The translations under genes and the position numbers were made by a program. The notes beneath the pieces are model-generated. The model had not been told where the DNA came from. It saw nothing but the letters and a program-made list of their open reading frames with translations, and ran no database searches. From Callorhinchus milii (taxonomy: Eukaryota), in the NCBI RefSeq assembly GCF_018977255.1, contig NW_024704743.1, positions 93,622,001 through 93,686,000 on the forward strand: DNA of 64,000 nt, given 5' to 3'. This document shows positions 10,092 through 23,635 of the stretch, piece after piece. Numbering within the stretch: the stretch's first letter is position 1; each line of letters begins with the position of its first letter.

Positions 10092-10836
10092 TAATAATAA
10101 TAATCATTGCATTTTACAAAGCGATTTCACATTAGTCGGATGTCTCCAAGGGCTTCATAGAATTGATTGTAAAGTATACTGACTTTGCTTTTTGTAGACG
10201 AGTGTCTGGCGGCCAATGTGTGCACAGCAATGTCCCACAAAAAGCCATGAAGTGAGTGACCAAATTAAGTTGGGAATTGTTGGCCACGCAGGAGAGCCTC
10301 CCTTCTCGTTTCAAACGGTGCTGATGGGATCTTTAACTTACACCTGAACCGGCACAGATGGGAACTCGGTTTTAATGTCTTATCCAAAGGACGACACCTC
10401 CAACAATGCAGCACAGCATTGTGGAGTCCTGTAGCTCAGTGGTTAGAGCACTCGCTTTGCAAGTGAGAGACCTGAGTTCAATTCCAGGCAGAGGGCGAAA
10501 CCTTGGGCAAGTTTCCTTACTCCACACGCCTAATAATAATCCCTCCAAAACCAAAAACAATAATTAAATTGGTCATTTTCAATCTACGACTGTTTGTGGG
10601 ACATTGCTGTGCGCAATTGGCTGCCGCGTTCGCCCACAAATATACAGTCAATTCACTTTACAGTGTGTTCTGTGAAGCGCTTTGGGACGTCCTCCTGACG
10701 TGAAAAGCGCTATATCAAAAAAAAAATGCAATGCAATGTCAGCCTAGACGATGTGACTCCGAAGTTTCAATATGGACGTGAACCCACAACCTTCTGTATC
10801 AGAGACAAAAGTGCTACCAACTGAGCCGGGCTGACA
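10092..10836 (-). mobile_element. Full-length old DeuSINE-type element interrupted by a young SINE
   Basis: tRNA-like head at 10775-10836 (rc tgtcagcccggctcagttggtagcac...ggttcac); Deu-like core 10290-10420; (TAA)n tail. Confidence 0.75.
10421..10718 (+). mobile_element. Young tRNA(Ala-like)-headed SINE, copy 1
   Basis: A box TAGCTCAGTGG, B box GAGTTCAATTCC, L2-like tail; near-identical to other copies. Confidence 0.92.
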
Positions 10837-10883
10837 CCTAGTAATAAAAGTGGTAAATACACATGTGTGAATCTTCTTGCCAG

Positions 10884-11120
10884 TAATAATAATAATAATC
10901 CTTGCATTTGATGCAGTACTTTTCACGTCTTCGAGATGTCTCAAAGAACTTCACAGAATATACTGTAACGTGAATTGACTGTACATCTGTGGGCAAAATG
11001 CAGCAGCAAATTGCGCACAGCAATGTCCAACAAACAGCTGTTGATTGAGTGACCAAATTATTATTTGTTTACGGATTATTATCCTTGGAAAAGTGATCCT
11101 CCAGTCGACTAACAACCGGA
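10884..11120 (-). mobile_element. Long-form SINE 3' part
   Basis: (TAA)n tail, shared body, middle segment ggaaaagtgatcc...gactaacaac. Confidence 0.7.
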
Positions 11121-11700
11121 TGAAGTACCCAAGAGCTGAGAACCCCCATATGTATCCTCACCCACACATGTAAGGGAATAAATTGTTGGAACAAGTGATC
11201 ATGATCTATGTTTTAGTAAATCATGAAAGTTTTCTTGCATTCCAAGAACAAATCATTTGATCAGTAAAGAAAAGTACCATCAGATGAATCACACATATTG
11301 TTTTTCTTTAAAATATTTTCAAACCTCCCCCACTCGAATGAGTCAATGGGAATATCCACCACATGATGATCTAGTATGAAATCTGGTATGGAGCTATGTA
11401 ATCAGATTTGATCTTTGCTGATGTCAGCCGGAGTGGTGGTGAAGGTGTCACAATCAACCACATTTTCTGGGCTAAATAAACAAGGAAAAATCGCACAATC
11501 TTTTCACTCCTGGTCACATTGCGCCTTTCACATTTGGAGGACGTCTCAAAGCGCTTCACACAGCTACATGGACACACAAACTTGGGGACGGGAAAAGATG
11601 ATGAACAACACAGTCAAAGAGATAAGTCTTAAGGCAGACTTATAAGGACAGGGAGTGGGCATGACTGTATAGCCCTCAACCTCTGAAGCAGTCAATTGCA

Positions 11701-12153
11701 TGTCAGCTTGACTCAGTGGTAACGCTCTTGCTTCTGAGTCAGAAAGTTATGGGTTCACATTCCACATCGGACTTACAAACTCACATATTATAAGCTGACT
11801 CTCCAATGCAATGCTGGAGTGTGTTGCATTGTCTAGAGGTGTGGTCCTTTGGATGAAACATTAAACTGAGGTCCCGTCTGCCTGTTCAGACAGACGTTAA
11901 AGATAGATATGCCACTATTCGAAACGAGAAGGGAGTTTCTCCCATTGTCCTGGCCACTAAATCCCTGAAATAAAATTGATCACTCTCTCCTTGTCTGTAG
12001 AGGTCTGTGGGACATTGTTGTGTGCAACTGGCTGATGCATTTGTCCACCTAATACACAGCCAATCCACTTTATAGTTTATCCTGTGAAGCACTTTGAGAC
12101 CTCTCAACAACATGATAAGCATTATATCAAATGCAAGGATTATTATTATTATT
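11701..12153 (+). mobile_element. Full-length old DeuSINE-type element (SacSINE1-like)
   Basis: Head ctcagtggtaacgctcttgcttctgagtcagaaagttatgggttc; core gtcctttggatgaaacattaaactgaggtcccgtctgcc; tail atcaaatgcaagga(tta)n. Confidence 0.8.
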
Positions 12154-12685
12154 AATTAGGGAATGGCCCACAAACATCAAGAACAGAGTAGCAATATCTG
12201 TGGATGTTTGTGAGTTAAAGAACTTCAAGACGTTATCCCTCATAAAGCATGATATATCAATGCAAGTTAAGTCTCAATGGCCTGATAAGGCGCTATATCA
12301 AATGCAAGGATTATTATTATTAAGTTTTGTTGTTGTTTACGTGACAAGTCAATTTGAAGTCCTGGCTTGCACATTTCCGTGGACCAGCAACCCACCTATA
12401 AATCTGAATTTTCAGTTTCTTCCATTGCACCAGTTATGTTTTTTTCACATTGGAGTTTTGAATTCGATACATTTTTTAGCACAAATCAAAAGTCAGTACA
12501 GAATGAAATGGATAAGTGCACATTGAAGTTCTGGTGAAGAATGAACTAACTGATCACCTAGACCTGTTCTCAGAACTGTAAGGATGGAAATTGGCTGTAG
12601 TATAAAAGCAACTGGTGCTATGCCCCTCTCCACACAGAAACAACGCCTGCTGTTCTAATGTTCTGCTGGGCCGTTCTTGATCTTT

Positions 12686-13005
12686 TAATAATAATAATAA
12701 TAATCCTTGCATTTGATATAGCGCTTTTCACGTCAGGAGGACGTCCCAAAGCGCTTCACAGAACACACTGTAAAATGAATTGATTGTATATTTGTGGGCG
12801 AACGCGGCAGCCAATTGCGCACAGCAATGTCCCACAAACAGTCGTAGATTGAAAATAACCAATTTATTATTGTTTTGTTTTGGAGGGATTATTATTAGGC
12901 GTGTGGAGTAAGGAAACTTGCCCAAGGTTTCGCCCTGCCTGGAATTGAACTCAGGTCTCCCGCTTGCAAAGCGGGTGCTCTTAACCACTGAGCTACAGGA
13001 CTCCA
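12686..13005 (-). mobile_element. Young SINE, copy 2 (full length)
   Basis: Reverse complement of copy 1 with (TAA)n tail. Confidence 0.92.
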
Positions 13006-13206
13006 TAATGATTGAAAAGATCCATTTCATTGATTCTTTTTAATCATTAACTCTTGAAATGCTGGCAGTTCTGCAGAAACTACTATACTTGATGTCAAAC
13101 CAGGAAGCGTGAGCCACAAACGAATAACCTTTATAGATCAATGATCACTCCTAGGAATTCACAGGCAGACAAGCAAAATCATCTGTGGTGAACTGAGAGA
13201 TCAGCG

Positions 13207-13255
13207 ATCATACTGTCAGCAATCATACTGTCAGCAATCATGCTGAGCAGCATGC
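13207..13255. repeat. 15-bp tandem duplication ATCATACTGTCAGCA (~3 decaying units)
   Basis: Direct reading. Confidence 0.75.
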
Positions 13256-13340
13256 TGTACGTATAAGTATCCAGCTTTTCCTTCTCTGGCATTGCAACAA
13301 TGAAATCCCTTTTGGAAATACACTGGTTCAACATCACTCA

Positions 13341-13740
13341 ATAATAATAATATAAAAACAATCCTTTGACTTGATGAAGCACCCATAAAGTCAGTGTCTC
13401 AATGTGCGGGCAACTGCCGCAAAATGTAGTGACTGTGTATTTGAATGCCAATTGTACTCAGCAATGTCCCACAAATAGCCATGAAGCAAATGTTCAATTT
13501 AGCTGGAGAATTGGTGATTAATTAACAGGGAGTAATTCTCTTTTCTTTTTTGAATAGTTTTTAATAACCACCTGAACAGCAGACAAAACCTCAGTTTATC
13601 TGAAGGACAGCACCTTCGACAATGCAGCACCTCCTCAGTGCTCCACTGGAGTATCAACCTGGACTGAAAGCCTGAAATGTGGGGCTTGAATTTACAAGCA
13701 TGACACCCAGAGGCAAGAATGCAACCATTTCAGTCAACCC
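13341..13740 (-). mobile_element. Old DeuSINE-type element
   Basis: gaaggacagcaccttcgacaatgcagcacctcctcagtgctccactgg core; decayed head and tail. Confidence 0.7.
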
Positions 13741-15640
13741 GACACTCAATATTAAATATAAGTATCAATATACCTATTTCCTCATTTTTTTCTCCTTTTC
13801 TGTGCTTAAGTATTATGACAATTTTGTATACATGTGTATTCTTATTCATTGGTACCCAATAATTCTTGGCACCAACTCTTCTCATTTTTGTTTTTAGTTC
13901 AGGACTAGATTAAACAGGATTTTTTTACTATTGGAGATAGTTTTATAGTTAGTTTGTGAAAGTCCCTGTATCAGTGACATATTTCTATGTAAATGTTTAT
14001 AATAACGGAGAATAAACAGTACTTAACATGAATGGGATTTTGGTATGTTTTCAATCATGAGGTGTAAAGTTCAGTTCAAAGTGGTGGATTATGTTTAGCA
14101 TCAAAATCAGTGCAAATGTAGCTCAGAACCCCTAGGAAGTCTTACAGACTCATATGAATCTTCCATATATAGGGGGCAAAGATATAGTCGCCTACAAAAC
14201 ACACAGTCATTACACTTTACAGTATTGTGTGAAGCTCTTTGAGATGTCCACCTGTCATGAAAGGCGCTACATCAAATGTTCATAATAATAATAATCCTTG
14301 CATTTGATATAGTGCCTTATCACATCATTGAGATGTCTCAAAGCATTCAATGTATTCAAGTAAATTGACTGTATTTTGTGGGCGAAATGTTAAGATTTTT
14401 ATTATTAGTCAATTGTGCTTATTCAGGTTTGTAGTTTTCATAATGGTCTCGTGCCACAAGCCCATCTTCCCCTGTTCTACGAGTTGGCGTTTGTCCCTTG
14501 ACCTAAATGAGTTGCAACAACCAAGGATTAACACTTCATAATGTACCATCCAAGACAATTTGAGAATACTATTGGTGGAGTAACAAGCTCTTAAAAAAGA
14601 TGACTCAACAGAGGAAGTCATCCTGTACTACTACCTGAAACTGCAGTCAGAGATAGATGGAAAAAAGGGAATGGAGTAATGTTTTCTGTAAGGGGATAGG
14701 TTTGATGGGTGAAAACATGAATATTGCAAAATATTCTGGACCTTTTGTTTTATTATATTTAGAGGTCACAAAGTAGCCACATGAACCCTTTCATAGGAGA
14801 TAGAGTTGTCAGAGTTAAGTCCATAATAGGGTATTTTTTGGTGATCTGGAGTGAGAGTTGGGCGTGATAGGCTGAATGGCCTTTGCTTGTTCCATATTTT
14901 CTGTTGTAAGAATACCCTTGACTTGAGTTATTCAGTGATGTGGTTTGATGTGTTGGTTCTTGCCTTGAACTAAATAGAGAGAGAGCTGGTGCCTGTATAC
15001 CTATGATAGCCCTCAGGAATCTATTGTTCTCAAATTTAATGGAACTATCAGTGAGCTATTTAACCCTCATCTCAGTCCTTCTATTTGAAGATTGAAGTCA
15101 AAAATGAGTGGAGTCCCAGAATGTCTATTTAAGGACACTTATGAACCCTCCACGTAAGTCTCTAGGTTCCATTGCCCTCAACCACTTGACCTATTTTGTG
15201 TTATTTCCATTGTCATTATGATACAAGCTGCAGTCCTTAACTATTGATCTCTCTGCCCTGTATTTTTGGTTTCACTAAGCCTTTTGCCCAAATTCCTATC
15301 CCATCGTATTTCAACATCACATTAATGAACTTCTGATGTTCACTTAGTAGTGCCCTAAAAGTAATAAAAGGGCTGGAACATAAACTGTAATGCCCTAGAA
15401 GTTGAGATGGATCTAAAATGATAATTTTTCAGGCAGCAATTCAATTAGTTTTAGTTTGTGTCATTTAAGAAGTGCTTTGAGATATCCTTCCAACATGAAA
15501 TGCGTTATATGAATGCAAATTGTATTGTAACTATATTGTGAAGAAGGTAAGATGAATTTTCAGGTGTCCGAGGACTAGAAAATGATTTCCAGTTAGCATA
15601 AAACACATCGGTGCAGACATATGTATTTCCTATAAGGTTA

Positions 15641-16140
15641 CAACAACAACAACTTACATTTATATAGTGCCCTTCACACAAGGTAGCATCTCGGAGCGCT
15701 TAACAGTGGTAGAGCCCAAAGCCGTGCAGGGGGAGAAAGGTGACGATAAGCATGGTCGAAGGGGAAAATCTTCATTCGTGATATAAAGGAGGGGAAGCAG
15801 AGGAGAATGCAGAGGGATTGAGGGAGAGCGTTCCAGAGCTTTGGGGCATAGTGGCTGAAAATGTGGCCACCGATGGTGGAGTGGAGTGGACAAGGGACAA
15901 GCAGGGGGCCAGAACTAGTTGAGTGGAGGCAGCGGGTAATCGAGTCAGAAGAAAGGCGGTCAGAAAGGTAGGGAGGTGTCAGGAAGAGAAGAGATTTGTA
16001 GACGAGTGAGAGGATCTTGAAATCAATCTATTCTGTGATAGTGAGCCAGTGATTGGGGTACACAGTTTAGTGTGGGTGAGAATACGGGTGGTGGAGTTCT
16101 GAATCTGAATCATTGGGTAGGGCAGATTAAGTGTCATCAA
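15641..16140 (-). mobile_element. Old L2 LINE 3' fragment
   Basis: (CAA)n tail; rc encodes decayed IDFKIL / PT(I)GG motifs. Confidence 0.7.
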
Positions 16141-17282
16141 TGAGGGTATGTTTCTCTTCTATACAGAACAAAGTGTTCTGCCATGTAGCCATGAGGTTTT
16201 CTGTTCAGAATTTTAGTTATCACCATAAATTGGACCTCACAACCTACAGATTGCAGATGTAACAGTGGTAGCAGCAGGCATAGGTGTGAGAGTGTGGGTG
16301 TGGATCCCATCACACAGCAGTATTTTGACCACTGCTCTATGCTTCCCCATTGGTAAGGAAAATCTGTAGATTGGAAAAACGAGAGAGTGATTAAAAGAGA
16401 AGCAAACTTTTGGGATAAGAATTAACAAAGTAAGTGCTACCTTTATATGTGTCTCATGAGCTTTTTCCAAAAGGTTTGATTTAAAGTGAACACATTTTAA
16501 GGGCCACTTTATTGAGTGTTGTAAGTACTCTCTTTGCTCCAGTAAAACATAAGGTAGATACAGTCTGGTGATTTCAGTGAAGGGGACACCTTAGGAGCAT
16601 GTTTTTCTTCCAGGTCTCACTGTTAGTTCAATCTTGTTTCAAAGCTTTTATTCAACTCGCTCTCCTCTCTGATATTTTAGTAAAAAGCTCAGTGAAATTG
16701 AATAATGCTTAAAAATAGCTGAGCCATGCTGAATTATAGTTAGGGTTTGTTGATTTATTTTTATCATCTTCATTGTCGATAAGACTTAGTTAATTTGTTA
16801 CTATGTCCTGTATTTGTAGGGATGTAGTTCCCACTCAGTTACATACCTGTTTGTAACAATGCATGTTTGTTAAAAATGTTTTTAAAAGGCAGAACTCTGA
16901 TACCTGTATTGTCCATAATCAAACGTTCAGTGTCTTAGTTCACACATAATAAATGGTCACTAGGGAGAAGTGGTGAGCCTATGGCTCCCATAGAACTGCA
17001 CACAGCGTGATTCACCACCTCCAGGAAAAAGTAGGAGAGAAGAAGATTGGGTAGTGGAGAAAATTCATATAGTGAATGTCATTACTCTTGCTGCCAACCA
17101 TTGATGTGGATTATTACAATGCTCCTAATAACACAAGGGGATGTGCAGCCAGGTGAAATATTCACACAGAAAATTAAGAATTCTTTCAGCGAGGAGGAGC
17201 ATAGGTGAAAAAAATGTTGCTGCTAATAATGGGGTCAATTTTGAATGGGCTGAAATAGGTTTTCTTATCAACTCCACATCAC

Positions 17283-17426
17283 CCCCTCCTCACTCCCTCC
17301 CTTCCCTCCCCTCACCCTGACCATTTCCCCCCTGCTCGGGTCCTGACCCAACTGTCCAGCGTCTTGGGACGTCCTCCCGACGTGAAAGGCGCTCTATAAA
17401 TGGAATCTTGTTCTTGTTGTTGTTGT
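17283..17426 (+). mobile_element. Young L2 3' UTR/tail only
   Basis: Near-identical to 52430-52603; ends (TTG)n. Confidence 0.85.
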
Positions 17427-17684
17427 CACAAATGGGGCCTTTTTGTGGTAACCAGAAATATGTCGCACCAACTCACCGGAACTCCAAACATGTCTAAAAA
17501 CGGAGCCACTTTCGGCACATCCAGTTACCAGAAGGTGTTGTTATTACAAAATCCAGTTATCAATCACTCAAACATAGGCCCAAATATTCTTTCAGATCAA
17601 GCTTTAGAGTATAAAAATCTATGAACACACATTGATAAATAGTTTGTTGTACAATGAAGGGCCATTTCCATGAACAAACCAGCT

Positions 17685-18230
17685 CTACACTACAATCTGA
17701 TTCTTCCCTCCACAAGCTGCAGATCATACAGAACTCTGCACCTCGGGTCTTCTCCCACACCAGGCTCCGTGACCACATCACACCCACCCTCACCCGACTC
17801 CACTAGCTCCCCATCCTCCAGAGGATAGAGTTCAAAATCTTTGTCCTCTCCCACCATGGTCTTGCCCCTCCCTATTTTATAATCTGCTAATCCCATATCA
17901 ACCTGTCAACTCCCTCCCCTCAGCAGGCTCCAGCCTGCTACATGTCGCCCGCCCAGCCTGCCCCACCATCAGCAGTCGGGCCTTTAGCCTCTCTGCCCCT
18001 ACCCTTTGGAATTCCACCCCACAAATTCTTCGCCTTGCAGCTTCCCTTGACTCCGTCAAGACACTTCTCAAGACCCTTCTCTTTGATCGTTCTTTCGGCG
18101 ACCCTACTATCCTCCCTGCCCTCCACCCTCCCTGATCCCAATCCCCTGCTCGGGTCTAAATTCCTGACTGTCCAGCAGTTTGGGATGTCCTCCCGACGTG
18201 AAACATGCGATATAAATGTAATTTTGTATT
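17685..18230 (+). mobile_element. L2 3' fragment
   Basis: ctccacaagctgcagatcatacagaactctgca...gatagagttcaaaatc; tail. Confidence 0.8.
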
Positions 18231-18286
18231 GCTCTATGTAATGTTCGTTAGTTTTTTTTACAAATGCTATTACGGTATTAATTCCT

Positions 18287-18612
18287 GTGGAGTCCTGTAG
18301 CTCAGTGGTTAGAGCACTCGCTTTGCAAGTGAGAGACCTGAGTACAATTCCAGACAGGGCGAAACCTTGGGCAAGTTTGCTTACTCCACACGCCTAATAA
18401 TAATCCCTCCAAAAAAACAAAAACAATAATAAATTGGTCATTTTCAATCCACGACTGTCTGTGCGACATTGCTGTGTGCAATTGGCTGCCGCGTTCGCCC
18501 ACAAATATACAGTCAATTCACTTTACAGTATATTCTGTGAAGCGCTTTGGGACGTCTAGACGACGTGAAAAGCGCTATATCAATTGCAAAGATTATTATT
18601 ATTATTATTATA
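18287..18612 (+). mobile_element. Young SINE, copy 3
   Basis: Full head-to-(TTA)n match. Confidence 0.92.
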
Positions 18613-18929
18613 ATTATATTCGATCTTAACATTTTAGTTCTCCTAAGATGAGATCTCAACTTGTATTTTTTTGTATTTAAAAAGTCAAATAAATCAAGTT
18701 ATTTCCAGTTCTACCAAAACCTAGACATATATATTAATGTAATGCCTTTGTCATTCCTTGCCAAAAGAGTAGGTCTAATGGCCATTGGTTTGTCTGATAT
18801 TCCTTGTGTGTTCTGAGGTCTGGGATTTGGATTTATTCTTTGCCCCAGTCTGATTCCAATCAGTTTCGCAGCCAGCTATAGAATGACTTTGGAAGGTGGG
18901 AGGTTTTATTCTGATCTAACATAGAAGTC

Positions 18930-19683
18930 TAGCACCGAACCCATGAACAGGGTCAGGTTCGATCCCCAGCTATCCGTCGTACCCGACACCAGGTCCCTGG
19001 CCAGGACCTCCATCTTCACTTCCACCACATTTCCTCCACCTCCTCCACATTGCCCGTTTCCATCCATACCTCACTCCAAAAGCTGCCAAAACACTTGTCC
19101 AAGCCTTTGTCACCTCCAACTCGACTACTCAAACGCCCTCCTCGCTGGTCTCCCCTACTCCACTATTCACAAAATTCAACTAATTCAAAACTCAGCTCCT
19201 ACATTCTCACTCGCACTAAACTCCGTGCCTCCATTACTCCAGTCCTTGTCAAACTCCATTGGCTCCCTCTCACAGAGCGAATCGATTTCAAGATCCTCAC
19301 TCTTGTATTTAAATCCCTTCACTCCGTTACACCCCCTTATCTCTCTAACCTACTCGCTCCCTACACTATTACCCACTGTTTCCGCTCGACTGGCTCTGGC
19401 CTCCTCCTTATCCCCCAGACCCACGTCCCCACCATCGGCGGCCGTACTTTCAGCCACTAAGCCCCAAAGCTGTGGAACTCTGTCCCTCAAACCCTTCGCC
19501 TTGCATCCCCCCCCACCCCTCCCTCCCACCCTCTCCCCCCCCCCACCCATTTTCAGGTTGTTGAAGACCTTCCTCTTCGGTCACCTTCTCCCTCCTTTGG
19601 TTCGGCAGTGGGTTCCGCCTCTGTTAAGTGCTCCGAGACGCTGTCTGACATGAAGGGCACTATATAAATGCAAGTTGTTATTG
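18930..19683 (+). mobile_element. L2 ORF2 3' fragment (different subfamily)
   Basis: LDYSNALLAGLP...IQNSA; LHWLPLTERIDFKIL; tail. Confidence 0.85.
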
Positions 19684-21453
19684 AGTGAATAGGTCCTTCC
19701 TATTCAAACTTTGTAACTTTAATTTGTGACAGCTGCAAATTCAGAACAAATGTAGATTTGCAGCTGAATTGCCTACAGTGTCTCAATTTGCATCAATATT
19801 GGGCATATTTTGGCAAGGTATTTATTCTAAAAGTGAAGTGAAGACAATTACCTCAAAGAGTCAAACTGTGATTCTAATCTTACGATGAAATGTAACACAT
19901 ACAAGAGAAAGTATTGATAAAAAGGTGTAATTCTCCTCTTGAAATAGGAGCTCAAAGTTGGCATCTGGGAATCTCTTAAATGAGCTGTTTTCATTTAACT
20001 AACAATTGTTCCCCTCTTTTTAAAGTGAAGTACAGAACTTGGTTTAATTTGCATAATAACTGGTTTGAGAAGGTTAACATTATCCTCCCTTATTATTTAA
20101 AACAAAACAGCATGCAATGAAAACTGATAGCTGTGTTTGGAACAACAGTATTGCCATTGCCCTAAAACTGAAAAATTAGTATTTGGTGCACAATTCCTTC
20201 AATAAACATAGCTCCATTCCCTGCAGTGCATCATGTAACATCTTGGGAACAATAATGTCACACGATCTTTCAATACATTTATGAGCTGGTCCTGCTATTA
20301 AAAATAAGTAGAAGATCATGAAAATGACAGAACTGCGAGACTCAGTTTTGAACACTTTCCGGACCTGATACATGAAATATGTGCCTTTGGTTAATAGCTC
20401 AGAGATTTGCCGATGCCTACGGAAACACCCCTCCCCCATCCCCACTCTGAAGCAATATCACTCTAGATTGTAGCTCTTAGTTCGATCATAAATAAGATAA
20501 AGAATCACTCTAATCACTACAGGGCATAGTTCTGGCTATAGAAAGCTGTAAATATTTAAAAATGTTCATTTAAATAAAGCATAACTGTCTTTATTATATT
20601 AAAACTTGTGGTATAAACAAAATACTTGATAGAAAACATCTGTGTTGCTTTTTCCCATCCTTGAGTCAGAACTATGCAGCTCATGCTTGTCTTTATCACT
20701 TGCACACAGAGAGGATTCAAAACAATGTTTCTCAACTGAACTGACCTGCTCAGTTTCGTCTTAAGATGTGGTGGACCTTGAGTAAGTGAATTTGACAGGT
20801 CACTCAATCTAGCGAGATCTCTGGCATGGACTGTCCATGACATTATCACTGACTGGTCGTTGAAAAACATTGGACTAAAGCACAGGGGGCACGAATAGCA
20901 ACCAGAAGTGTTTCATGCCAACCACAGAAACTCTTCTCTGATGGGATCTACAGTGTATTTGGAGCACAGTTCTCATAGGTCAGTGTGGTGCATTCCTGTT
21001 ACCAGCAGGAATCACAAATACTCTTGATTACCTCAATTCTATAAAATAATAAATATAAATAATAGTTTCTACATTTCTGATTTGGTATAAAATTATGAAG
21101 CAGGATTCGGATATCTTCCTAGATTAATAGCACATTGTGATTTGCTGGGACAAAATAAAGACCACTTGTCTGAACTTGTGTCTTACATTAGAATTCTCCT
21201 ACTAACCTGCAAACTGTTTGACTCCAAATTTTGTCACTATACTTGACAGCAATTCCCTGTGAAATGCTTTGAAACATTTTGATGTTCCAAACACTATATA
21301 AAATGCAAGGATGTTATTATTACACTTGACAGTAATTACCTGTGAAGCACTTTGAGACAGTGCAACTTGCTGAAATATTATAAAAATGGAAGTTCTTTGG
21401 TTCCAACCGGATAATCAAATGTGAGAGCGCAGACTCCTTCCTCAAAGGATAAA

Positions 21454-21766
21454 GGAGTCCTGTAGCTCAGTGGTTAGAGCACTCGCTTTGCAAGCGAGAG
21501 ATCTGAGTTCAATTCCAGGCAGGGCGAAACCTTGGGCAAGTTTCCTTACTCCACACGCCTAATAATAATCCCTCCAAAACAAAACAATAATAAATTGGTC
21601 ATTTTCAATCTACGACTGTTTGTGGGACATTGCTGTGCGCAATTGGCTGCCGCGTTCGCCCACAAATATACAGTCAATCCACTTTACAATATATCCTGAG
21701 AAGTGCTTTGAGATGTCTTGACGTCGCAATAAGGCGCTAGATCAAATGCAAGGATTATTATTATTA
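21454..21766 (+). mobile_element. Young SINE, copy 4
   Basis: Head and body match; tail more diverged. Confidence 0.92.
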
Positions 21767-23635
21767 AAGTATAATGTGAGGCTACATTCACCATTGGTGT
21801 TTCAAGACTTGCCTAAAGTGTGGCAGGCCTCTTGAAACGATGAAATGGAGCTGGAGGAGAATTGTTCATCTGGGGAGACCAACAGTGACAATACACAGAC
21901 GACAGAATAACTTAACAAACCACACAAACTAAAGAGACAGCTGCAGATGCAATTGAAACATATGTAGGCAAAATGCAAGTATAAACTGATGTGCAAATGA
22001 CTTTCTTAGTGCATGGGAGAGAGTTTAAAGGTTGTCATTGCCTGCTGCTACGCTGCAATTTATTCACAGTGCTTTTACAACTATTACTTTACTGGTAGAA
22101 TGCATGGAGGCTGAAAATTTAATTTAAACTCACCAGACCATCTGGGATGCTGGAATAGATGTTGCACTCTCAGGGTTGATTTGGAAAATATTTGTAGTCT
22201 TGTGTTTCTGCCAAGTTACAATTTGCTTTGATGACAGCAATGTGTCTCACTGATGTCCTTTTGACCCTTGGGTGCCGGAAATTATTTTGCGCTACTTTTT
22301 CACATCCTCAGTTCTTCTCTGACAACCCTACTGTGTTCTGTGAAATTTGAAAAGGTAATTTTCCTGTTTTGTTAGGCTAGACGTCATGCTTAGAACATAA
22401 GAAATGCTACACGATAAAAGACCAAGGTCCATTTAGTTTGCCTTCCATCTTCCTGGCAGTCACATGCACATATGTACCAAAGTACCTATGTACTATATCC
22501 CATGATTCACCCACACAAACTTACTTCAGGTGTTGAGGATGTCCCAAACAGTGTCTATATGATAATACTTCCATCTTGATGAAAGTGATAGTAAAATTGT
22601 TGTTTTTTCCTGGACTTCAAAATGATTTATCAACATCAACAACAACAATTTGCATTTATATAACGTTGTAAACATCAGGAGGACATCGCAAAGCACTTCA
22701 CGCAGCTGACTGAGAGTCTGTGTGTGTGTATGTGTGTGTGTGTGCAAGGGAAGCTGTGGCTGGGAGAGGTGGCTGAAAGCGCAATTGAAAGATAGATTTT
22801 AAGATGCGTTTGCAAGGGGGGAGGAAACAGAACAAAGCAGAGAGACTAAGGGATGGAGTTCTGGAGAGCAGGGAACTGCTAATCAAATGCAATGATTATT
22901 ATTATAACACCTTTTACATTAGGAGGACATCTCAAAGTGCTTTACAAGATTTACTGTACAGTGTAATGACTGTGTATTTTGTAGTGCAATAGGAGGAGCG
23001 GGATAGTTTCATGGTCGCTCGTTAGGAACAGCTGGAAATAAGTAACATTTCTTAACAATTTCAGCATGATCTGTTATGAAATTCTGTAAGTTTGACTCTA
23101 TAGTTTCTTATATCCATTTAGCATCTATTTACTGTACTTCTATAAAGTGGCTCTAAAATGCCTTTTTTGAGAGCTTGAGAGCTCTAGCTATTTCTAACAT
23201 AAACTAAAACAATGATTTAGTATTGAGGGGATCAGCTGCAAACCACATGAAAAAAAAGCCATTAGCCATACCGGAGAACATTAGTCAACAAGAAGGTCAT
23301 TAGTCAAGTCATGCAATTTGGCAGAACATGACATGATATTTTGCAATTTGCTTCTCAGTCAGATCGCTTCTGCTAAGTGTTATAATAAGATTCGAGGGTT
23401 GAATGACCAGAACGTTTTCAACCTCTTCATGATTCACTTTTAGTTTGTGGGAAAATAATCTTGAGTCCATAGTGCACTCCAAGCCATTTCGCCCACAAAA
23501 TATACAGTCAATTCACTTTACAGTATATTCTGTGCAGCTCTTGAAAATGTCTCAACAAATTGATAAGGCACTATATCAAATACAAGGATTATTATTTTTA
23601 AGACACTACCCTGTGTAAAGGATGCTATATAAATA

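Noticed and set aside
21432..21460. 8-bp inverted repeat GACTCCTT/AAGGAGTC at a SINE 5' junction
   Set aside because: Single short instance; could be chance
21454..21528. tRNA-Ala(TGC) gene (cloverleaf-like, repeated at each SINE head)
   Set aside because: Imperfect T and acceptor stems, no T-run terminator, always fused to the SINE body and tail
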